A DNA stretch of 50,470 nt, the filler included, from Bipalium vagum (lineage: Eukaryota): NCBI GenBank assembly GCA_037834085.1. It is 3 parts of 3 records of this genome, joined end to end, with 100 filler letters (N's around TTAATTAATTAA, not from the genome) between each part and the next. Parts side by side here need not be neighbours in the genome. Positions count along the whole stretch, not along the records: positions 1 to 16,991 come from JBBMKC010083438.1; 2 more parts are not named here. One strand, written 5' to 3'. The notes under the pieces were generated by a model. That model had not been told where the DNA came from and made no database searches. It saw nothing but the letters and a program-made list of their open reading frames with translations. Position numbers and translations under genes: made by a program. Position 1 is the first letter of the stretch. Every line of letters starts with the position of its first letter. Below, in pieces: positions 1-15,200 of the stretch.

Positions 1-113
1 ATATATATTGTATAACTGATAAATTATAATTTTAAAACCAATCTTTATATTTCCAAAATATCATAATGAAAGTCTGAGTATAATTTCTTTGATAGCTTAA
101 TTGTTATACTTAC

Positions 114-287
114 AGCATTCCAAATTTCGCAGAGGTTGACTGAAACTTTTAGCAATCTGGGTATTAAAAGTTTATTTTCTACATCTAAATTTTCAATAGA
201 GAAGCCAACAATTTCGTCGCTTAAAACTATTTTAGGACACGGAATGTTGCATAACTCAATCAAATTATTAATTTTATCCACGGTTTC
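114..287 (-). CDS. Exon of giant gene (ETVDKINNL...CEIWNA)
   Basis: ttcAG|GAA and GCT|GTAAGT boundaries; ORF 45..281. Confidence 0.78.
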
Positions 288-3200
288 CTGAAAATAATAT
301 TATTATTACTTAAAATTAATACTATTAAAATTCACTGTATATATATATATATATATATTATAAAAAGCTTAATTGAAATTTTAATATAAATAAATGTTCT
401 CAGATACAATAAGTCAAATGAATAATTTAACTTTCAAAAATATCCTCAAAATGAATTTGATGTTAAATTTAAATTCAGACCTAGATCATAATATTTGGTT
501 GGTAATCTTACATTGTCAATTATAACTTGGCATCTGTGTAGTATGCTTTGTACTAGGTTGTATATCAAATCTGTTAATAATTTTTTAACTCATGATGAAA
601 CTAGAAATAATAACGTTCTTTTAAAATATCATAAACTATTTGCAATTCTTGCCAATTTAGATCTGAGTTGAAAGTTCGACCATCAGAAATTCGTTCAAAG
701 ATGATTATCCCCCCAAAATTCAACCAAACGCAAAACATCACATTTTATCAAATCTGTTAACCTTTAGTATAGGAATTGCAGGATGACCGGATGATGAAAA
801 ATTCTCCGTATAAATATGCCATCCCAAGGACTGTAAAGTAATGTTCAACCCATTTCAATCGCTTTTCTGGATTAATAATGGACATGACTGTTACAAACAA
901 ATTTAATAATAATATTTTACTGTGATAAATGAATTTATATTTGTGAAATACGTTAAAAAGTTTATATAAGATTATAAAGGTTAATTATAAAATCTTATAA
1001 TATTCTTCATTAATATTTATTCAATTAAGATAATAACTCAGAATAATTTTAATAAATTTACATTATAATTATTTTATTTAAAAAATAAAAATACCTCAAC
1101 ATACGCCAACTTCGTTTTATTTTCATTTATTCTTATAATGCATTCTTTACTACTAATAATTGTATGTTCTAGCTGATCCTTGTACCATTTTGGAAACACT
1201 CCATTTATAAATTCTTCACACTCAGTTAGAATCAAATGAAGATCATAAATCGGAGATTTGTGGTGCATCTATTTCGAAGATTATTAAAGATTCATTAATT
1301 ATGAAAAGTTAAAAACCTCGTTCATTTGATTGACTATTTCATGAAATTGTTTCAAAGTCTCATCTTGAACTTTATTAATAGACATTAATATTTTAGGGTA
1401 ACCTTTTGCTATATCTGATTTCTCGATGTGACTACCCGCTGACACCAGATCTCGGATCTTAATAGTTTCAACTTCATGACATTCGTTTTGCAGACCATCA
1501 ACAAATGTCTTGAGATCGATCATTAAAAGATCGCCATTTAAAAGAGTTCTTTTCGATTCAATCCATGTGAGAATACAATTTGCTAATTTTTTGAAACTGA
1601 GAAGATTATTATCTAAATCCGTAGACTTTTTCAGAATATCCTGAAATAAAGAAAAAAATTTTATAGTATGAATTTTTATATTATTTTTTTTCAGAAATAG
1701 TAAGAAAAAATTATTCTGATAATTCATAGAATAAACTATTATTTATGCTCATCGTCAAAAATTTTAGGTAGGTAAAATTTATTAATCAACAATTTTAGTT
1801 TGATTTTTATCTTATTTAATTTATAATAATTACCTAACAATCTGTATGGGACAAAACGATTGTTCTTTATCGTTCTGACTAACATGTGATCATCTCTATT
1901 GCCTGCTAATCGCAATCTACCTGATTTTGGAAGGTTTTCACATGCATCTGTCTCTTTCCAATTTCTTCTCAATACACTGGACGGCACATCTGGATCGCCC
2001 ATCTCGTTGTCCTACCTTAACCTGCGACAAACCAGCTTCGAATAACCCAACAATACGACATCTTTCAAATTGGCATGCTTCATGTCTAGCCTCATTGTAA
2101 ATTTTTAGATTAATTATAATGATTAAAATACGAAATATATATTTCATATAAATTAATTAATTATTCTAAAATAAATTACTTTTAATTCATGTGCTTAACA
2201 AAAATTATATGAACTCATCACGTTTCTTTAATAAGTTTCACCTGCCTAAGACTCTTGACGATGATTATATTAACTATGTAACTAAATTAATGGTTACGTA
2301 TTACATTTTCCATTAAAAAGTACCACAAGAAGCTGTGTTATCAAAATTGCAAAAAAAGAATGAAAATTAAATTTCTTTACTTTTACATTAAAAAAGGCCT
2401 ACCAAAAGATGATGCTCATAATCTGTCAATTTTGTCTTCAAAATTTCCATATCATTTCTGAACAATTCTTTATCGGGCGATACCAATATAGAGTTCTCCA
2501 AAATATTTAAAGAAACTTTCTTGATCTCCAATTCCTCAACCAGTTTCTAATTTATTTCGTTCATTTTCTTGATAATGATAAAATGTTACCTGAACAGAAG
2601 ACGAGTTTTGGTTATCGAATGAAAACAACTTTTCTAAATTGTTCAGAGAGTTGATCTCATTAGAAATCCATAAAGAAAATTCGTAGATATCCCTTTTGTA
2701 ATCTTGACAATTTAAGGTTGCATGACCTTCAAATGATTTTTGATCATCAGACTGGTTAGAATCCTGAGAAAAAAATACTCTGAATATGTTTTCAACAAAA
2801 TATCATTTTCATTAATTGATTATTGATTAAAATAAACTTAATTTTTATTTATTAAATACAATAAATAATCCTACATTAATATCCCCATTTTCATTCTGGC
2901 AAAACAACGACGAAAAAGTTAATTCTCGTTTCACATTTTCTACAATACTGGGTTCCAGTTTTTCTTCGAACATTAATTCCGTGATGGGATTACACTCTTT
3001 CAGTTGCATTTTCAGACTATTTAACATTTGAGTTTGAATAGCAAATTGATGTTCAATGATATCGCACAGATCAACGAAAGAGTCTTGACGATTATTTTCA
3101 TAGTTTTTCTTTAGTATTTCAATCTCATGCTCTATCGTTGTTAATATCAATTCATCTTCCGACTTATCGTTGTACTGGAATTTAGCAATGGATTCACTGA

Positions 3201-6200
3201 TATCCTGCAATTTATTGTTCGATAACTGCAAATCGTTTTGAATAGATTTCATCAAAAGTAACTTTGTGATGGTTTCCTCGGAAGAGTTTAATATTTCATT
3301 GATATGGTCTATTTTCCTGTTTGGTTGCAAAATATCTGTGTGATCTATACTCTCTAATTTTGACTTCAACCCATTAATTTCCGATATGAGAACAATTGAA
3401 TTTTCCTCTAAGTTTTTATTTCCTGATTTGAAATCTTTTTCCCACTTGAGAACGTCCAGATAAGCAGATTCCAAAAGTTTGAGACATTCAAGCTTATTCA
3501 TGACTCTGTTTTTATATCCATATAACTCCGCAATTTGAAGTTGAATATTTTTAAAAATATTTGTTAAATGAATTTCATTCTCGGGTTGTAACTTGTTAGA
3601 GCAGTTGGATTCCAAAAGATTAACTTCTTCTTTGGCAACGTGAAAAGATTGACCTAATTCTGTCAAATGACATTGAGCTTCGGTGATAGAATCAAAATCT
3701 GCTCCACAAGATTCTAATTCATTTATTTGATTTTCATATGCCTGTATCTTCTCAATAATACTTTGTGTGTCCACTGATATGCTTTGAATAGTTTCCCAGT
3801 CTTCTAGATGACACTTTGTTTGAGCCCTATTTTCATTAATTCTATCTTTTATATCTCTAATCTCTCCGTCCAAAAATGGTGAACCCACTTCATCTTCTAA
3901 TTTTTCTAAAGTACCTGCGGCTTCCTCCAGTCTTATTGAGATCATCTTAACAAAATATAATTACTTATTTTGATTAAGTTTAGAAAATATATAATAAATA
4001 TAAAGATATTGTAATCAATTACAGCTTTTATCAGAAAGTGACATCCAATTATATTTTTATGAATTAATCGTTCAAAAGTCAGTAAAAATTATATTATATG
4101 TAAATGAAAAAATATTCTCGGTATTGAGGGGATTATAATATGTATTAGGGATAATAAATTAATCTTTAAGGATTTCTCCATCTTAATTTCACCAAACATG
4201 TAATATTTGATATAATAATGTAAAAGATCTAAGAGGTATGATAAAATAAAATAGTAATCTAAGTTCCCTTTCCTTGAAAATCATCTTGCATGAATTCTTA
4301 GTTTGACAAATTCACTCTAGATTTTCATTTCCAGTTTATAGTATATACTCTTGGAAATGAATGCCTTTAGTTACAAGATTTTCAAGAATTCTTTTGTACC
4401 AATACCACCCAACAGATGAAAATTATTACCTATTCTTTGTTGATCTAATATTCTGTGTTCAAAAACATAGAACAATCTTTAAGAATATTTTATGACTTTC
4501 AGTTGTCCCATAACTTGCAAAATTCTCTAAAGTACACTTAATCCAATACACAACTTTATTTTTGCTGTTGTTTTACTTTATCACAATTTCTCCCTTTTCA
4601 CATCTTACTATCATTTACATGTACTAATTTAATCGAAATGCAACACATGTCTACAAAAGATGCTTAATATTTTCAGACTTTTAGGATAACAATAACAATT
4701 ATTAAAAAATAATTTTCAGTAAGCAATGATCACCATCTAAAAAATATACTTTTTTCTATATATATAATTTTGTATAATTTAATTATTTCTACATCTTTTT
4801 TTCTAATGAAATAATATGAACAAAAATTTATTAATTATAAAAAATTCATATTTTGAATACTAAAGGTTGTTTATTTAACCAATTTCATTCCATAAGCCCC
4901 ATTTTGGGATGTGCCTTTTGAGTGAAATTTACACTTTATTTGAAGATTTTACGAAATATAAATTAATTTAAATCACTACAGAGACATTATATTTTAATTG
5001 GGTATTGGTAGACTTTTACTTTCCATTTTTTTTTAATTTTTATGAAACTTTTTCATAGTTTTAATAGGTCCCATGTCCACTATTATACATTCAGTAAATT
5101 AAATTTATTTGCCCTCTTGAATTCTGAAATGAAATGGGTTAATTTACTCTGTTCCTTTTTTTTAGAAATTTTATATTGATTTGAGTTTTTATAATTTAGT
5201 TTGGTAAGAAATATAATATGATCCATGTCCCATTTAAGACGTAAATAATAAAATAACGAAAAATACATTAAGTTATAAGACACAAAGAAAATGTTAACAA
5301 TAAAAGAAGAATAAAAACAAATACATTACTTAAATTAGGGAAAATCGCAATAAAACCAAAACATTACATTTTTTGCAATGATAAACGTAATCATATATTT
5401 TATTTATCAATTCTGATGTATAAATAGATATTTAATTTTATAAATACCTTTATTGTACAAAATTGAGCCTTCAGAAAAAAATTTTTTTGAAAATACAAAT
5501 ACAAATGAGCTTTAGGATAATTTTTTAAATTAAAACACAAATAAATAAATTAAAATTAATAAAATTAGTTAAATTATATTTGTGTAAAAATATTAACAAA
5601 ATATAAGTAAGGCAATTCAGAATCTAATAATATTTATACTCTTAATATTTAATTATAATTGGTTCTTTTGTTTCAAAAATTAAATAATTTTAATTATCAA
5701 ATGTTGCCTATTGTTTTGTACTAAAAAGTGAATTGAACACTAAAGACAGAGTAAGAATAAAATTAATCAGACCTAGAATAATATATTATAATTTTTATAT
5801 TAAGTGTAAACGTGAATACACCGCTGTTTCAGTTGAAAAATTCAATAACATTGAGAAAAATCAAAGTAAATATTTATTAATATGAAAAATAAAAGTTTAG
5901 AATGCAAAAGTTGTCATCTAAAATTCAAAAAATAAAATCCTATATAATTTTTTTAAACAAATAAAAAAAATTATGATTTTATATAAACAGCAATATAAAG
6001 TACAAAAATCGCTAAGTTAAAAGTTGAATACTTAATTATCGGGATTAATATCAGAATTATTAAAGATTAAAAGTAATTAAAAATTATAATTCATAAAAGA
6101 TAATATATTTGTAAAAAAATAAATAATAAATAAATAAAATATTTTGGGATATTTTTACTATTTTATAATATTATAAAAATTACGATTCTAAAATAATAAT

Positions 6201-9200
6201 ACTTCATTTTTCTTAATATAAGTATATTTTTCGTTAAAATATAAAAATATTAGTTTAATTAACATTTGATTGTAAATAAATAACAGTTATAATAATTAGC
6301 CAAAAGTGAACTTAGATAAACTTTTATTAATTGAAAGTCTGCGTAAATATTTTTCAAGTAAGTTGTCAAAGAATTTATTATTTATCCCAATCAAATAGAT
6401 ATCAGTAGTTTCAAATAACCTAAATATCTGAAATATTATTGATTGAAAAAATTAATTCAAGAATCACATTTTATGAATACGTATACGAAAAATATCTGAT
6501 AAAATTAAAAAAATAATTTATAAAAATTTAAAAATATAATAATAAAAAATAAAATAATCATAAGAATTTAATTTCCATGAAATAATAATTATATTACTTA
6601 AAGAGAATAAAATTTTAAAAATAAATAATAAATGTACATTGGTATTTTGAATTTTCTCACACCAAAATTCGGAATTTTGATCTGAATTTGGCTCATTAAT
6701 CACAATTTTCACATCTTCTTCAATTTTGTCCAAAATCTCATTTAGACTTATAACATTCTGTTTGACATACTCCATTATTATGTTTTGATCTTCTGCTTCG
6801 CTTATGATTTCCACAATTGGTGTTATACTACTTTCAATCTCAAAAACAATTTTTTTTATTTTTTCAGCAATTTCATTTTTCAAATTTCGTTTACTGTGAT
6901 AGTCAATAATTTCTTGTTCCAAAACTTTTAAGATATCAAGCTTTTCTGTAAGTTGAATTTTCAGATCCTGAAATAAAAAATGTAATAATAAATGTAGAAA
7001 AACTATTGAATTATTATGAGAATTAATAATAATTTTCCGAACAATTATTATTAAAAAAATACAATAAATAAAAAATAGTCTGCTTTAAAAAAGAAAATAT
7101 TTTTAATGCATAGAAATTACAAATTGATACATTATTAAAAATTACAATATTTCATAAAATTACACTTAAACCTCGTTATCAGGAATACCTCCTTTTAAGA
7201 GACAAATTGGGAAGAAATTTTTGCACAAAAATTGACTAGGAAAATTAAGCTATTCTTTTTATATAGGAGACCCTCGTTATAAGACCAAGCTTTTGTCAAT
7301 TTTTTTATTTTTTTTTAATTTATTTTAAAACGCTTTTAACTGAAATTGTTTAAAAAATTATTACAATTTGTTAGTTTTTAAAAATGAACAAAAGAGTAAG
7401 GTTAAATATTCAAGAAAAAAGAAAATGTTGATCTATCTTCAAACTCAATGTAATTCCAATTTTAGAGTTAGCTATTTTTTTCCACAATTTTTAAAAAAAT
7501 ATTAATTATAAAAGCGTTTTAAAACTATCAGAAATGCAATCTTTGATAGATACAAATCCAAACGATTTATCAAAAAGATCCTGTCACTAATAACATTAAT
7601 GGAAAACTTAAAACAGGTAATTTAAAAAGATTGAGAAGATTAAAAAAAATAATATTCACGATATCTTTCTATAAAATATTTCTATAATTAATGAGTTTAC
7701 ATGATTATCTTAAAAGAAATATAATAGTCCTCCTCCTTTTAATATCATTTATTATATTGTTAATTAATACTATACTATAAAACGTATAGTAATATATTAT
7801 ACTATAATACGTATTTCTCCCTTTTTAAATGACGAAATGCGGCTAGTAGCAATTTCCTGTGTTGAAATCCATAAATTTTTTACATGATACCAATAATGTC
7901 GTCTTTAATTACTGAAAGTCGTCCAGGACGAAATTCCAACCTAACATCTCCATCACGAAATCGTCGAAAAAATTTCTTAATTATCCTTAAAGAAGGAGTA
8001 CCAACCAAATAAATGCCATGAACCTTTTTATAAGAAGTTCTAACAGATACACCTTTATGAAATTCATATAACATACATGACGTAAATGTATTTTATCTAT
8101 ATTTATATTTTAAATAATAATGCAAGATAAATATATAGTATTTAATCAAGCATGTAACTTAAAATAACATCTGATGATATCACCGGAATAGTATGATTCA
8201 TTTTAATATGAAACATGAGTTATTACGTCCTGATTCTGATTTGTGAAAAGTATTTAAAAATCGGGCCCGAACATTTGCAATGACCCAATATATTTCTTAA
8301 AATAAAGATAGATAATTTATTATGTATAAAATTAATGATTTGAACAATGTAAATTTAAATACAATGTAAATGAAAAAGAAATTTTTCTTTTTCAGGCACA
8401 GTACATCCTTAATTATATATATTAAAATTTAATACTTTTAAAATAAAAAAATCGGACAAACATCAGAGTTAAAATTTCAAAACTAACGGTTAAGCAAACC
8501 AGGTTTTCTTTAAAGAGTGTTTCTTGTTTAGATTTCAGCTTTGTAAGCTCTAAATTAACTTGGCCAATAAGATCAAGCGAAACCCTTTCCTCTTTAAAAA
8601 CCTGAGTTTGAAACTCATTCAGTTTTTCCACTGCTTCTTTGTACTCCTCTATAAAGTCGTCAATATCTTCAAAGGTTTTAATAAATAAATTTTCAATGTC
8701 AATAGTCTTCAGGCTCTTAACACAAACATTTTCTAAAATTAATATCTTTTCGAGAGCTAAAAGATTTTCCTTATCAGGCAATTTACATGCCAAACCCTTT
8801 TTCAAACACTAAAGATTATTTTTAATTATTTAATCGAAATAAATCATTTTTCCAAACCTCTAAATGGTTCAAAACTTCAAGCAAAATTATATCTTCCTTC
8901 GGTAATGAACACAAATTCGACTGTAAATCATTCAAAAATTTATCCAGTCCACTGGCGATTTCCATTGCTTCCGTACATCTTCCTGCTATGTCCAAAAATC
9001 GTTTTTGGGATTCTACTACTAATTCTTGGTATTGTATAATACTTGCCTTTCTTTCCCTATGGATACATTGTTGATCGCTAAAATTGCTATTTATCGATTT
9101 CATTTGTTCTTCCAAATAATAAATTTCTTCTGTCAACTGATTTCCATTATCAAGACCTAGTATAAGATTTTCTAAAGTTGAAACTTGAGCTTTAATAAGT

Positions 9201-12200
9201 TCAGGCTCCAAGCTGGTATTTTGAGTGCAATTTTGAAGAACTTTTATGGATTCCTTCAACCAAATATCTTGATTTCTTTTGGCATCTTCTAGCTTTAGTC
9301 TCAATTGATCTGTTAACTCTGTTATATTTTTTTCTTCAGTTTCTTTGAGATTTTGTAAGGTTTGCTCCATAGATCTCACTGACATTTGAAAATCCGATAA
9401 TTCCTTGCAAATTAATTTGTTCTCAAAATCTTTCAAATTTTCAACCAACACGCCACATGAAACCTGAATTTTGTTGATCCTTTCGATTTTAGAATAATGA
9501 TATCTGTACATTTCAACATAATCTCCCAACATTTGTTTATTTTCAGATATTATATTATTAATGTCTCTTTCCAAACTTTTAAATATATTTTCCTGATCAA
9601 GAATCATCTCCCACGTTTGTAATTTTAACTGTTTTGTGGAACTTATTTTATTAGTAGACTCAACAATTAATGCCAAAAATTCTTCCTCGCTCAACGTTTC
9701 TGGCTTAACAATTTTTTCTAAGTCTTTAATTAGCGTATCAAGTTTTTCCATTATCATTGGAAAAGGTGTATCCTTATTGTCGCTATTTGAAAATAAAAGA
9801 TCAATTTTAAACAATCTTTCGTCAATATCTTTAATATTGCTTTGAACAAATTCAGTGGCAACTTCTTTATTCAATATTAATTGTTTTTTATTCTCAAGAC
9901 CCTTCAGTGATGCATTTATGGTATTTACTGTTACCTCTATTTCTTGAATTCCTCTTTGCTGTTCTTTGCAACATAAACTCTTTTCCTGGAAATCTTTCAT
10001 TAGGTCTAATAATTTTAATTTAAATTCCACAGATATTTTGACATCCTTTATTAGTTCTTCTTTAGTAATGGTATCTTTATTTGTTAATAATTCCTTTACC
10101 TGATTTCCTATCATTTGACTTTCCGATAGATTTTCAGTTAGGTTGACTATTTTTTCTTCAACTATTGGTTCTAATTTATCAAAATCATCATTAATACTAT
10201 CGATCTGAACCTTCAATTCCGAACCAACCTTATGAGAGAATGTATTGAGCATATCTGATTTCTGTTGATTAATAACATTTATTTTCTCTTTTAATGAATA
10301 CAATAGTTCTTGTACTTCGTTCAATGACCATTCTTTATTTTCCTTCTTTAATATTACTTTCAAAACGTCAATTTTTGTTTTCAACTCATCTAAGTCTGAA
10401 CTTATTTGATTTTTAAGTATGCTTTTTTCCGTACTGATTATCAGATCTTGGGACATTTGTTTTGAGACCACAATGGCTTCCAATATTCTTTCTTGTAATT
10501 CCTTGGTTTTATCACATTGAAATCCTTTTGTCAAAGCATGTTGTAAGTGATTCAATTCATCTACATGTTCGACTATCTGTTGCTTTATATTATCAACGTA
10601 CTCTATATTATCCATATCTTTTAATAATTGCCATTCTTCAACTTTATTCTTATGATCTATTTCCATATTTTCCGCTAATTCAATATTTTGCTTCATATTT
10701 TTTATATTTTCTTCAATTTTATCAAACTTTTCCGACATCATTTTATAATCAGATTTTATGTCAACCTTATTAAACCCGATATCAGAGATGTAATCTTCTT
10801 CTTTTAATGAACTAAGGCATTCTTTAGCCCGACAAGACTTTGTAATAATATCTTCAAAGGTATTAATCACATCAACATTTTGAATGATATCTGACAATTC
10901 TTCAACTTCTTGTAACCTGATTTTTATTCTCTCATACTTCAGTTTTTCGGTTATTTCTCCAACAATTTCTTCTTTTTCTTTCAAAGCAACACATATCCTA
11001 TAATTCTGGTCTTGACCTTCTTTAGATTTGATTTCTGCGATTTCAGGAATAGGATATAACTCCAAACGTTGCTTATATTCTTCTAAAAGCTTTATTTTTT
11101 CCTCACTTTCACTGATAAGGTTTAATTCATCATTTATAAATTTCTGAATATATTTCAATTCACCATTCATTTCACCTATAATTATTTCGGTCTTATCCAA
11201 GCCGTTTAGATATTCTTTAAAATTAATTTCAAAATTATTTAATTGGAGTTTTTTGGATTGAAGTTCGACAGATTTATCGGAATCCTGAAGATTATCGCCC
11301 CAAACTTCTATACAATCTGTTAACAACTGCTCAACTTTATGTAATCTCAAAGAGATTTCTTCCTTTGATAATAATTTATCCAAATCTGTAGTAGATTCTT
11401 TTATTAATTTAACTTCTGTGTCAACCCTATCTAAAATATTTTCAAACATTTTTTCAGATACCATACGTCTCTTGAGTAACAAATTATCAATATTTTCAAC
11501 TTCTTTTCCACTTGAATGATCTAAATCAATTTTCTCACGACATGTCCATTGATCTGATGACCAAGGAAGTAGTAATTTACTCTTTGAGATTATAAGGTTT
11601 TGTTCAATATTTTTTAAGTTCTGTTCATTTTGGATCGGTGTTTCTTCAATTATATCTTGATTAAGTTTCTCATATGTTTCCTGAGATAACTGCTGACTGG
11701 CATTTACAATTGCAAGCTTTGTGCCCAAATCCACTTTCATCTGACAGATATTCAACTCTATGTTACTTAACTTACTTTCGATATCTGAAATTTTATACTT
11801 CATATTTATCTTTTCTGGTGAATTTTCTTGAATCTTTATATTATCAACATTTTTTATTAAGTTGATATTATCTTTCACTTCTTGTATTATAGTTTCGATT
11901 CCATGAATAGAAATAGGACTTTCATTAGAACATAAAGATCCCAATAATTCTGAAATTGAAAGATCAATTTTTTCAAGATCTTTGTTCCAACTTTTTATAG
12001 AAGTCTGTCTTTCTTCTTCAGCGGAAATTTTTGTATTAAGAGAATTAATTGAATCTTTAATAGCATCAACTAAATTTGATCTTTCAAGTTCAACATTCCT
12101 CAGTTCTTGGAAAATGTATTCACTGTCCAAATTAAAATTAAAAACTTTCTCCTCGATATTTAATAATTTATTTCTTTTCTCTAATAACTCCTCTACCGAA

Positions 12201-15200
12201 TTAATCCCGTACTCATTATCTTTGATTTCTAATTCAGTTAAATGATTATAATTTTGATTGATTTCAGCAAATTCCTTGTTCTTCATATTTATAAAATCAC
12301 TAAAACTATTATACTTTTCCCAAAAGTCCCCTGTCGACTTTTCAATTATTTTCAATTCAGAACTCAAGATTTCTCCACATTCTGAATTGATTTCATTAAC
12401 ATCACTGGAAATCTTTTCCAAATCCTTCAAGCTACTGTTCATTTTGTCCAGTTTACATTTCATTTCATCTAGATTTAAACAATTCTTATTTTCTTTCATA
12501 TAATTAAAGAAAATTCCCACATCTTTCAAGGATTCGCTTTTAATATTTTCAAACTCCTTCATCAAATTTTGTAATTTTTCTTCTTCTTCTTTCTTTTCTC
12601 TCTCAATATTTGTCAGTCTAATTTTATTCTGTATACACGATTCATTGACAGTGGCTATTTGATCAATATTAAGAAATCCTGTACACATTTCGGCAGCTCT
12701 TTGAATTTCAGTAAGATCTGACATAATAGCAGTTAGTTCCCCTAACTGTTCTGTCGACAAAAGTTTTGAATTTTTAATCTGAACCTGTTCGAATTGATTA
12801 ATTTGCTCACTGCATCTTCCCGATTTTTTTTCGAAATCCTCATAGAGACTGACTGCTTCAATAACAGGATTAATAACTATCTCGGCATGATCTATGAATT
12901 CATCTATTTTCTTGTTGAGTCCAATGCAAAGTTCAGGAATGTGTCCATTGAAAGCTGAATTTACATCACTAAGTTCAGATCGAATATCGGAAAGCATCTC
13001 AAGATTCGGTTTAACAAGATTCAATAAGATATTCAGATCATTAATTGTTGTAGTAGGAATTTTTGTTTTACTTTTCAGATCTTCAATGATTGGGTTCACT
13101 TGAGCTATGATAGATTGTACTTTAGAATCAGCTTGGATTAAATTATTTAATAAAATATCACTTTCCTTCTGTGCTTCTAGTTTTGAATTTAAAGAATCAA
13201 TATTTTCTTTGACTTTTTTATCTAGCAAAGAAATATTGTCTAATAAAGAGGCTATTTCTGTAATATTTGAGTATGGTCCATTATACGATATCAAGTTGAT
13301 TTGGTTTTCTAAATTTTGATAATTATCCTTCTCCTTCATTAGGATTTCAGTAGAAACCATTTCTACATTTTCAGAACATAATTTTCCATATTGAGAATTG
13401 ACTTTCTCGTAAGCCTCGTGGATCTCATTAATTGTCTCAACAATTTCCACATAAATTTTACTAAACTTATCTTTAATAGCTTGAACAGATTCCATCTTGA
13501 TGTCATTAATAGTACCTTCTTGAATATCAAGTTTTTTTATTTTGTTTAAAGTTACCATCATAACATCAGCATTTTGATTTGACCAGTCTAGGGCCTCCTT
13601 AAAGTTGTTGAGAGGTAATGTAATATTCTTGTCTTTTGTTTTTTCGATTAGATCTGTTAAATTTTTTAAAATTTCTTCTTTTGTATTATTAAAAATCTCT
13701 GATAAATTTTTAACCTCTTCTTCCTCTACACTAATTCTTGATTGTTGATTCGAAATTTCAAACAAAAGTGCTTTTATTCTATCCGTACAAGTCGTAACTT
13801 CATTGTATAAACCTCTGACTTCTTCGACATTCAGTCCGATTTTGTCCATTTCAATATTATCTGAAATTTCATTCAATTGGTTCAATATATCATTTGCTCT
13901 TTTCGATATAATACTCAACTTAATCAAATCATTATCTTCCTTAAGATCTTGTTCAAGAATATCGATTTTTTTCGATATATGTACCAAAAATTCTTTATTA
14001 ATACAACATTGATTTACGGTCTTCATCAATGGATTGATCATTGACTCTGTAGATTTTACACAATCATCAATTTTATTGCATATGGCAGTTTGAAATTCTA
14101 ACATTTGGGGTTGGACGAGTGGTTCCTCGAAATGGAGCTCGCTGACTTTTATTTGATTTAATGTATTATTGTTTTGAATGATGGTGTTCGTCAATAATTC
14201 AATATCTGTCAAAGATTTTTCTGGAGATTTTAGTAAATTTTCTAAATCTCTACTACAATTGTTACTATTTTCTAATAAAGCCTCAACTTCTTTGTTGGAA
14301 TCAACCATTTTCTCATGCTGACTGTCTGCTAACTTTAAGAAATTCAATAAATTATTCAATTCAATTTTTTTCCCATGTATTTTTTCTATCAATTGTCCAT
14401 CATCTTTTACAAATTCTTGAATTAATTGTTTTTCAAAATCATCAAGCTTATTTATCTGTAATTTCAGGGTGTGAATATTCTTTTCAATGGAAGTTGAGAT
14501 ATTTGAGTCATTTTCTTTTATGAGATCATCGTTCTTCAAATCGCAAATATCATTTATATTTTCTAGAAGGATTTTTTGATGCTCCAGAGTTTTAATATTT
14601 TTCGAAATCACTACTTTTAAATCTTTTATTTTGTGATCCATCTCTATAAAATTTTTATTATCATTGCTGGTCTTATAAAATTCTGCTCTTTCACTTATTT
14701 CTCCTAATTTTTTATCTAATTGGAGACTGAGTAAATAATTTTGATTTATGACCTCAATGTTACAGCTGTCCCATTCAGTTCCTTCCAAACGATTTTTCAA
14801 CTCATTGAGATCGTTTGATAAAATCAGTTGTTGTTTTTCTCTTTCTTGTACATTTTCCTTATTTTGAGAAACAGTACCTAATTTTTCGTCAATATACCTA
14901 TTTTTACTTCCAAGCTTAAATTTCAAATCCTCATACTTTTCTTGTATCAAAGGACTCAATAAGATTTGATTGTTTTTAAATTTCTCACAAACTTCTTGTA
15001 AATTTTCAGTTAATGTCACCATTTTTTCGTCGAATTTCTTTAATTGGCTTTTCATTAAAAATAGTTCTTCATCTCTTATTGCTTTTGATGATGTTTCATC
15101 AACTGATAATTCTAAGCTCTTTTCCGTTTCTTTAATTTCTTGAATAAAACCTCCACAATAATCAACTGCTATAATCTTTGATAAACATTGTTCACATATT

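Noticed and set aside
4200-4950. Possible decayed Tc1-like relic in an intron
   Set aside because: Only fragmentary hints (GGIG); no TIR pair or catalytic motif could be read confidently.
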